Positions 50,026 to 56,391 of a stretch of 56,391 bases of DNA are shown piece after piece. Both the position numbers and the translations under genes were made by a program. A model generated the notes under the pieces. It saw only the letters and a program-made list of their open reading frames with translations. It made no database searches and was not told where the DNA came from. Position 1 is the stretch's first letter, and every line of letters starts with the position of its first letter. Source of the DNA: Phycisphaerales bacterium (GTDB taxonomy: Bacteria; Planctomycetota; Phycisphaerae; Phycisphaerales; UBA1924); contig JANQQG010000086.1 of the NCBI GenBank assembly GCA_028285065.1, positions 1 to 56,391 of the forward strand, given 5' to 3'.

Positions 50026-50234
50026 CGTGGCAACGCCCTCATCAATGTGCTGCACATCCACGCAGGCGGCGTGCGCGGGATGGACGCGCCGAGTCTATGG
50101 GTCGGTCGCTGTGTCTCATCATGAGACGGGGCAGTGCGGGCGTGTTTCACCTGATCGGGTGATCGACCCACCTTGCTAGGTAAGCCTCGGCGGGGTGTGC
50201 GGGAAGTACGGGGCAACGGCGTTAGCATTGGGTG

Positions 50235-51833
50235 ATGAGAGGCTTCACAGATCGCGCACGGAAGGTCATGGCACTGGCCAACCAAGAGGCCCAGCGCTTC
50301 AACCACGAGTACATCGGGACCGAGCACATCCTCCTCGGCCTCGTCAAGGAAGGCTCCGGGGTCGGCGCGAACGTGCTGAAGAACCTGGACGTTGACATCC
50401 GCAAGGTGCGCCTCGAGGTCGAGAAGCTCGTCAAGTCGGGACCGGACATAGTCACGATGGGCAAGCTCCCTCAGGCCCCGCGAGCCAAGAACGTCATCGA
50501 GTACGCCATCGAGGAGGCGCGCAATCTCAACCACCGCTACGTCGGCACGGAGCACCTCTTGCTCGGATTGCTCGATGAGCGGGATGGCGTTGCCGCGCTG
50601 GTCCTCATGAACCTGGGCCTGCGGCTTGAGGAGGTCCGGGAGGAGGTCCTCAACCTCCTCGGCGTGGGTGCGGAGCCAGACGAGGTAGAGGTGTTGCTCG
50701 CGGAGGGATTCACGTCACATCAGCTAGTCGAACTTGAGACTGAGATTCTCAGGATCTCGCGCCTTGAGGCGAGGGCAGTCGCTGAGCGAGCCTTCGACGA
50801 GGTCTCCGCATTTCGAGAGCGAGCAGAGCAGCTCCGGCGGCGGCGCGATGAACTCCGCAGGGCACTGCGCACGATCCCCGCCGGCGTGCCCCGCCTGCCC
50901 GAGCCATTGAAGGGGCTCGCGCTTGCCGTCGCGGCCCCGGATGCTCCGTTTGTCGAGCGTGCCGGGCTGGAGGAGATCGTCACGCACCTCAAGGAGCGCA
51001 CGCCGCTGCTCGTCGTAGGACCGTGCGGGAGCGGACGTTCTGCACTGGTTCGGGCGGCGGCCGAGCACATGCAGCGATCCGGCCAAGCTCGGTTGCTGAT
51101 GCAGCCGGACCACGAGGGACTGAGTGAGGACGGTGTTCCAGAAACCGATCGTCTGGAGCGGCTCGTCGATGCGTTCCGGAGGGATCCGTCGTACACGCTC
51201 GTGCTCGAGGACCTCGAGCAATACCTGCCCTCGCCGGCTGCGTCCGGGGCGTTCAGCGACGCGTGGCAAGTGTGGGTGATGGATGCGATCGGCCAGAGCG
51301 TAGCGCTCATGGCGACGACGACTCCGGACGGCCTTGGTGCGCTGCGCGACGCATGGCCCGGGTTCGTTGGGGGTGCCAGCGTGGTCGAGGTGCCGCCTAT
51401 CGATGATGCAGCGCTCGCCGAGATCCTGCGCCAGCGTTTGGCGACGATCGAGCGGACACATCCGGTCCGTTTCGACAATGGCGTTGTCGAGCAAGTGCTC
51501 CGCTTGGCCGCGGCGTGGGGAGCGGGCGCCGGGTTCGCCGAGCCGGGTCGCTCGCTGCGACTGATCGAGGACGCCGTCGCGCACGCTGGCGCGGCTCGGG
51601 TGGCCGAGCCGGTTGATTTGGGCGCGGGTGGTAAGGGCGTCGGGAGTGAGCAAGAGCTGAGCGATGCGGCGAGCGGGCGTCGTGTGGGATCGCTCGTCGA
51701 TAGCGGCAACTACGACGATGCGATCGCGATGATCGAGGAGCTACGCGCCCGCGAACGTGGGGCTCGGGGAGAGGTGAAGGCTGTGACATTCGGGGTGGCC
51801 GAGTTGAGGGCGTTCGTCGAGGAGGACAGTTGA
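50235..51833 (+). CDS. ClpC-like N-domain (2 x Clp_N) + UVR-like helix + single degenerate AAA-like P-loop module
   Basis: Clp_N repeats at EYIGTEHILLGLVKEG and RYVGTEHLLLGLLDE. UVR-like AVAERAFDEVSAFRERAEQLRRRRDEL. Walker-A-like VVGPCGSGRSALV has Arg in place of Lys. Walker-B-like LVLEDLE. Only about 533 aa, with no second ATPase module. Confidence 0.75.
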   Translation: MRGFTDRARKVMALANQEAQRFNHEYIGTEHILLGLVKEGSGVGANVLKNLDVDIRKVRLEVEKLVKSGPDIVTMGKLPQAPRAKNVIEYAIEEARNLNHRYVGTEHLLLGLLDERDGVAALVLMNLGLRLEEVREEVLNLLGVGAEPDEVEVLLAEGFTSHQLVELETEILRISRLEARAVAERAFDEVSAFRERAEQLRRRRDELRRALRTIPAGVPRLPEPLKGLALAVAAPDAPFVERAGLEEIVTHLKERTPLLVVGPCGSGRSALVRAAAEHMQRSGQARLLMQPDHEGLSEDGVPETDRLERLVDAFRRDPSYTLVLEDLEQYLPSPAASGAFSDAWQVWVMDAIGQSVALMATTTPDGLGALRDAWPGFVGGASVVEVPPIDDAALAEILRQRLATIERTHPVRFDNGVVEQVLRLAAAWGAGAGFAEPGRSLRLIEDAVAHAGAARVAEPVDLGAGGKGVGSEQELSDAASGRRVGSLVDSGNYDDAIAMIEELRARERGARGEVKAVTFGVAELRAFVEEDS

Positions 51834-52822
51834 TGCTGGAGAACACGGTCCTGTTCCAACGTCTCGAGGCGTGCTGCGGGAAGTGCGAAGCGGGCGGTCT
51901 CGACCTCACACGCCTGCCCACGATGGTCAAGGACAGCACGGACGAACTCGGGAACGTCCTGGATCGCGCCGTCAAGACATTCGACGACTACACGCTGCAC
52001 GACCGGGCGCACGCGGTGCGCGTCGTCAAGCTGATGTCGAACCTACTCGGTCCGGATCGGCTCGATGCACTTACGCCTGTTGACCTCGCTGTCCTGATCC
52101 TCGCGGCCTACGCCCATGACACGGGCATGGCCGCCTCGAAGGAGCGCCGGGATGAGTTGAAGGCATCGCCCGAGTACGCCGAGTTCATGCTCCGTCACGA
52201 GAGCGAATGGGTGGAGGTCGAGCGTGTGCGGGCCGGTGACGATCCCGCCCGAGCCGCGTTCCTCGAATCGCGCCTGTTTCAGGAGTTCCTGCGCTCGCGC
52301 CACCACCTACTCTCGGCCGAATTGGTCCGCAAGCACTTTGCGTCTGGGATGACGGTGCAGGAGAAGTCGTTTGCGCCGATGGTTGCGGACTTGTGTCGGA
52401 GCCACGGCGAGTCGGTCGCGTGGGTTGCGAGGGAGCTGCAGAGTGTCCCGTTCGCCATGGACTACAACGTGGACCTCCCATTCCTCGCGTGCGTGTTGCG
52501 ACTCGCGGACTTTCTGGATCTCGACGCAACGCGTGCGCCCGAGAGCCTGATGACACTGATCAAGCGTGGTAATGAGAGGAGCCATCGTGAGTGGCGGAAG
52601 CACCAGGCGTCACTCTTCTCGGTCTCCGACACGGCCATTCGGTTCAACGCGACATTTGAAGATTTCTTTGAAGAGAAGGTACTCCGCGACACGCTGGACG
52701 CCATCGAAGTCGAGCGTAAGGAGATCATGGGTTTTCTTGGGGCAGGGGTGGGGGAGGGGGCCGCCTGGGGTTGGATCTGCCTGTCGAGCGTCAAATCGAG
52801 TCCGTTGGCTACCTCTACGTGA
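51833..52822 (+). CDS. HD-superfamily metal-dependent phosphohydrolase-like protein
   Basis: The ATG at 51833 overlaps the preceding stop (TGATG). Contains LHDRAHAVRV, LILAAYAHDTGMA, LCRSHGES and LRLADFLDLDATR. The reading frame ends at the TGA at 52820-52822, just after a G-run region. Confidence 0.7.
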   Translation: MLENTVLFQRLEACCGKCEAGGLDLTRLPTMVKDSTDELGNVLDRAVKTFDDYTLHDRAHAVRVVKLMSNLLGPDRLDALTPVDLAVLILAAYAHDTGMAASKERRDELKASPEYAEFMLRHESEWVEVERVRAGDDPARAAFLESRLFQEFLRSRHHLLSAELVRKHFASGMTVQEKSFAPMVADLCRSHGESVAWVARELQSVPFAMDYNVDLPFLACVLRLADFLDLDATRAPESLMTLIKRGNERSHREWRKHQASLFSVSDTAIRFNATFEDFFEEKVLRDTLDAIEVERKEIMGFLGAGVGEGAAWGWICLSSVKSSPLATST

Positions 52823-52865
52823 GTTCAAGTTCCAACTCGAGTACCGCGAGATCATCACACTGCTC

Positions 52866-54371
52866 ATGGGAGTCCAGCTGTACCGAGACCAGAGAGTCTT
52901 CGTGCGAGAACTGCTCCAGAACGCGCTCGATGCGTGCCGCGTGAGCCAGATCACGGCCGAGAAGCGAGGAGGCAACTACACAGGCTCGATCCACTGCGCG
53001 CTGCGCAATACGGCGGACGGTGAGCAGATTCTCGAAGTCTCCGACAGGGGGTCGGGCATGACCAAGGCGATCATCGGTGACTTCTTCATGCGAGTGGGCC
53101 GGTCCTACTACCATTCTTTCGCGTTCCGACGCCGTCAGCTTGGCTTCGAGCCGATCAGCCAGTTTGGAATTGGCATCCTCTCTTGCTTCATGAATGCGGA
53201 TCGGATCGAGGTCGAGACTCGACCCGATCCGCTCGTCCACGAGACACTCGACGATGACGAGCGTGCGGGCCTGCACCTCGAGATCAGTGGCCCGCACGAG
53301 TACTTCGTTGTCCGACGTCTCAACCGTGATCTGGTCGGCGACGGGTTCCCGCAGGGCACGACGGTCCGTGTCTACCTCGAGCGCCCCTTGGGTCCGAGCT
53401 TGCGGCGCGTCGTGCAGGAGTTTCTTGCACGGACGCCGTACAATGTGAGCGTCGAAGAGTCGGACCACTCGCGGACGGAGGTGGTGAGCCGTGAGTTCGG
53501 GTTCGAGGATGACGCGTTCCTGGGCGTGTTCGAGGCTGCGCCGGGGGCGTTCGGGTACGCGCACCGGGACGTTGAGTTCAACGGCGCGCTGGGCTTTGAT
53601 CTTAGAGGGACCGTCCGCCTGTTCATGCTCGATCGTGACGCGCGTCGTTACTTGTCGTTGCGAGACGCCGGACAGTACTCCGTCGTGGGTTTTTCCGAGA
53701 TGGGTGAGACGCTGGTCAATGTTGCGCGCATGTCGGATGAGGTGGCCGGGACGCTCCGCAGCCATGTCGCGGAGCTCCGTTCGACCGGAGCCGAAGTGTC
53801 CCGCGACGCACGAGGCGATATCGAGCAGGTTGCTCGAGTGGTCGAGCGTCTGCTCGAGGCGCTTGCTCACCGTCATGATTCCGACGAGGTCAACGCACAG
53901 TGGGTATCACTGGATGCGCAGATTGACGCGATCCGCACGTCGCAGGCGTTTCGGACCTCGCCCCGCCATCCGGTCGTGGCGGGCACCCTTCGGCGGATTC
54001 GCACCGGTCTCGAGTCCTTCGTCACCGGCAACGTGTCGCTTGCCGCACCCACCGGGTTGCTGACACAGGACGGGATCGATCTCTCCAATGCGTTCTATCT
54101 CTCACGCCACCTTCGGCTCGGCATCGCTCATATGTTCAACCTGGACCTCTGCGGCAAACATCGCGTCACCCTCACCGCTTCCAGAAACGACATCGTTGCT
54201 GACCATCGGCTCGACGCGCTCGTTGCGCATTTCCATGAGCGCATCGGGCTGGAGCTTGGCAGGTGGTTCACCGAGGAAGAGGTTCCGCCGGAGCAGATCG
54301 ATGCCTACTTGCGTGTTGCGCCCAAGGCGCTTGGCGCGGCAGTCCGGCGTGGACTCGATTCGCCGAGCTAG
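52866..54371 (+). CDS. Hsp90-like GHKL (Bergerat fold) ATPase with uncharacterised C-terminal region
   Basis: Motif I RELLQNALDA, motif II SDRGSGM, motif III ISQFGIGILSCF. The first ATG in frame is at 52866. Protein-like sequence in this frame already begins at 52821 (EFKFQLEYREIITLL), so the true 5' end is unresolved (see findings). Confidence 0.7.
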   Translation: MGVQLYRDQRVFVRELLQNALDACRVSQITAEKRGGNYTGSIHCALRNTADGEQILEVSDRGSGMTKAIIGDFFMRVGRSYYHSFAFRRRQLGFEPISQFGIGILSCFMNADRIEVETRPDPLVHETLDDDERAGLHLEISGPHEYFVVRRLNRDLVGDGFPQGTTVRVYLERPLGPSLRRVVQEFLARTPYNVSVEESDHSRTEVVSREFGFEDDAFLGVFEAAPGAFGYAHRDVEFNGALGFDLRGTVRLFMLDRDARRYLSLRDAGQYSVVGFSEMGETLVNVARMSDEVAGTLRSHVAELRSTGAEVSRDARGDIEQVARVVERLLEALAHRHDSDEVNAQWVSLDAQIDAIRTSQAFRTSPRHPVVAGTLRRIRTGLESFVTGNVSLAAPTGLLTQDGIDLSNAFYLSRHLRLGIAHMFNLDLCGKHRVTLTASRNDIVADHRLDALVAHFHERIGLELGRWFTEEEVPPEQIDAYLRVAPKALGAAVRRGLDSPS

Positions 54372-54410
54372 ACGTTGGATCCTCGCTCGCAGTCGCGGGC
54401 CCGTTACCCC

Positions 54411-56391
54411 TCACCCCACCGGCGTCAACTTCGCATACTCCAGGACCAACGTCTTCACCCCAACCTGCTGGAAGTCGATCGTCGCGCGCGCATCGCGGCC
54501 CGTCGTCAGCTTGACGATCACGCCGATGCCGAACTGCGGGTGGCGGACCTTCGCGCCCTCGCGGATGCCCGAGTTGAACCCGGCCGAGAGCGGGGCGCGA
54601 CCGCGCGGGATGCCCGTCGGGATCCGGTCGGAACGGCCTGAGCCCGGGCCGGGGCCGGGGTGGGGTGGGTCGAAGCCGTAGAGGTCGCTCTCGTCGCTGA
54701 TGCGGATGTCGTCCTGCGGGAGTTCGCTGAGGAAGCGGCTGGGGATCGTGCGGTCCGGGATGCCGCGGGTCGTGCGCTCCTTGGCGCTGGTCATCAGCAG
54801 GCGGTCCATCGCGCGGGTGATGCCGACGAAGCAGAGGCGGCGTTCTTCCTCGAGTTCCGCCTCGGACTCGAACGCGCGCGAGTGGGGGAGCGTGCCCTCC
54901 TCCAAGCCGATCATCGCGACGGCCGGGAACTCAAGCCCCTTGGCGGCATGCAGCGTCATCAGCGTGATCGCACCCTGCGCGGGGTCGACCTTGTCGGCGT
55001 CCGCGACGAGCGCGATGCGCTCGAGGTACGCGCGGAGCAGTGCGAGCAGTGGGGGCGTCTCCGCGCTGATGCGCTCGGCGTTCCACACGCCGTCGGGGGC
55101 GTCTGCTTCGCCGTCTCCTGGCTCGGATGCCTCAGGGAGGTCATCGATCAGGTCATCGCCGAACGGCCCAACGTCCAGGTCGTTCGCCGGGTCGTTGGTC
55201 GGGTCGTACGACTCCTCGAAGTCCGCGGCCGACGAGATCAACTCCGCGAGGTTTGCCACGCGGTCCGCGTCCGGCTCGCCCGACTCGCGCGTGCGGTACA
55301 GCTTCTCCAGGCCAGACTCGCTGACGACGCGGTCCACCAGGTCGTGCAGGCTGGCCGAGACACTCGCGCCCATGAACGAGCCCGCGCCCGTCCAGTCGTC
55401 GAGCGTGCGCAGGAACTCGCCCATCGCGTTCGTCGCACGGCTCGAGATGTCGGGCACCTGCCCTTTGGCGGCCATCCGCATCGCATCGATCAGCGGGACA
55501 TCGTGCTGAGCCGCGGCGTTCTGGACGCGCGCCAGCGAGGTCTTGCCGATCCCGCGTGCCGGGACGTTGACGATCCGGTCCAGGCTGACGTCGTCCGCGG
55601 GGTTGGCGACGACCTTGAGGTACGCGATCGCGTTCTTGACCTCCTCGCGCTCGTAGAAGGCGGTGCCGCGCGCCACGACGTATGGGATTCCCTCGTCGCG
55701 AAGCTCGTCCTCGATGACGCGGGAGAGCGCGTTGGTGCGGTAGAAGATCGCCATGTTCTTCCAGGCGATCTTGTCCTCGTTCTTGCGCAGGCGCAGCCAG
55801 TCGACGGCCAGCTTCGCCTCGTGGTGCTCGTCGCGGCAGAGCGTGACCTGCGGCGGCTTGCCCTGCTCGCGGGCCGCGGTCAGGTCCTTGTGCTTGCGTC
55901 GCTGGTTGTTCTGGATCAGCGCATCGGCGATTCGGATGATGGTCTTGGTCGAGCGGAAGTTCTCGCCGAGCGCGATCGTGCGCGCGCTGGGGTAGTTGGT
56001 CTCGAACTCGAGGATGTTGGCGATGTCCGCGCCGCGCCAGCCGTAGATCGACTGGTCCGGGTCACCGACGACGCAGATGTTCGGGCCGGTCGGCGCGCTC
56101 GGGCCGGGCTCGGCGTCGGTCTCCGCCAGCACGCCGAGCGCATCGGAGGGGGCCGCGCGCCCGCTCCCGTCGCCGGCTAGCAGCGACGCCAGAACGAACT
56201 GCGCGTGGTTCGTGTCCTGGTACTCGTCGATGAGCGTGTACTGCCAGCGCGACTGGCACGCCTCGCGCACCTCCGGGCAGTGACGCAGCATGCGGGCCGT
56301 CAGCAGGAGCAGGTCGTCGAAGTCCACTGCGTTGGCCTTGCGCAACGCCGCCTGGTAGCCCTCGTAGAGACGCGCAAGGTGCTTGGCGTAG
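54411..56391 (-). CDS. uvrD: UvrD/PcrA-type superfamily 1 DNA helicase (N-terminus beyond the window edge)
   Basis: Contains ANAVDFDDLLL, YTLIDEYQDTN, VVGDPDQSIYGWRGA, ENFRS, TLHAAKGLEF and VGITRA. C-terminal Tudor-like GAKVRHPQFGIGVIV. The frame stays open to position 56391. Confidence 0.92.
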   Translation of the reverse strand, partial: YAKHLARLYEGYQAALRKANAVDFDDLLLLTARMLRHCPEVREACQSRWQYTLIDEYQDTNHAQFVLASLLAGDGSGRAAPSDALGVLAETDAEPGPSAPTGPNICVVGDPDQSIYGWRGADIANILEFETNYPSARTIALGENFRSTKTIIRIADALIQNNQRRKHKDLTAAREQGKPPQVTLCRDEHHEAKLAVDWLRLRKNEDKIAWKNMAIFYRTNALSRVIEDELRDEGIPYVVARGTAFYEREEVKNAIAYLKVVANPADDVSLDRIVNVPARGIGKTSLARVQNAAAQHDVPLIDAMRMAAKGQVPDISSRATNAMGEFLRTLDDWTGAGSFMGASVSASLHDLVDRVVSESGLEKLYRTRESGEPDADRVANLAELISSAADFEESYDPTNDPANDLDVGPFGDDLIDDLPEASEPGDGEADAPDGVWNAERISAETPPLLALLRAYLERIALVADADKVDPAQGAITLMTLHAAKGLEFPAVAMIGLEEGTLPHSRAFESEAELEEERRLCFVGITRAMDRLLMTSAKERTTRGIPDRTIPSRFLSELPQDDIRISDESDLYGFDPPHPGPGPGSGRSDRIPTGIPRGRAPLSAGFNSGIREGAKVRHPQFGIGVIVKLTTGRDARATIDFQQVGVKTLVLEYAKLTPVG

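Noticed and set aside
40908-54410. Calling the accessory block a mobile element or genomic island with defined ends.
   Set aside because: I found no integrase, recombinase, transposase, flanking tRNA or direct repeats by eye. I report it only as a defence-island-like region.

Overview
This is a visibly GC-rich bacterial chromosomal segment; I did not compute GC content. All domain calls come from motifs read in the supplied translations, and no database search was run. Gene content and a C-terminal dockerin-like tail ending in Cys suggest Planctomycetota/Phycisphaerae, but that is inference only.

I support about 48 genes, most of them in tightly packed operons with overlapping stop/start codons (ATGA, GTGA, TGATG).

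- **96-5791:** LemA, a polytopic membrane protein, TruB, a GT-C/ArnT-like glycosyltransferase, a PAP2 phosphatase and tRNA-Ser(GGA).
- **6672-18285:** a complete alternative chemosensory cluster. It has a divergent PilZ protein, then CheA with two Hpt-like domains, CheW, a soluble MCP with five in-phase 366-bp PAS repeats, CheR, CheD, CheY, CheX, CheB, CheY and a second CheX-like gene.
- **18434-24316:** small genes, sdhCAB and pdxH.
- **24326-26260:** a five-heme c-type cytochrome with a dockerin-like tail.
- **26508-30066:** a DUF4126-like membrane protein, a small membrane protein, and an MBOAT/AlgI gene with its partner.
- **30503-40907:** a thioredoxin - MoxR - DUF58 - VWA - VWA operon ending in a 1248-aa anchored protein.
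- **40912-54371:** a roughly 13.5-kb accessory block wedged between that operon and uvrD/pcrA (54411 to the window end). This is the most interesting part.

The accessory block holds four modules:
1. A TIR-NB-ARC-TPR STAND NTPase.
2. An orphan secreted protein, then a SLOG-like protein with two SLATT-like 2TM modules, translationally coupled to a stand-alone RyR-domain protein.
3. A second SLATT-like protein upstream of an RCK-gated K+ channel.
4. A ClpC-N-domain/UVR/degenerate-AAA gene translationally coupled to an HD phosphohydrolase and an Hsp90-like GHKL ATPase. The HD/GHKL junction shows frame discontinuities in G-runs.

I regard modules 4 and 2 as the best candidates for an undescribed conflict or signalling system. 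I saw no CRISPR array, integrase, transposase or rRNA.
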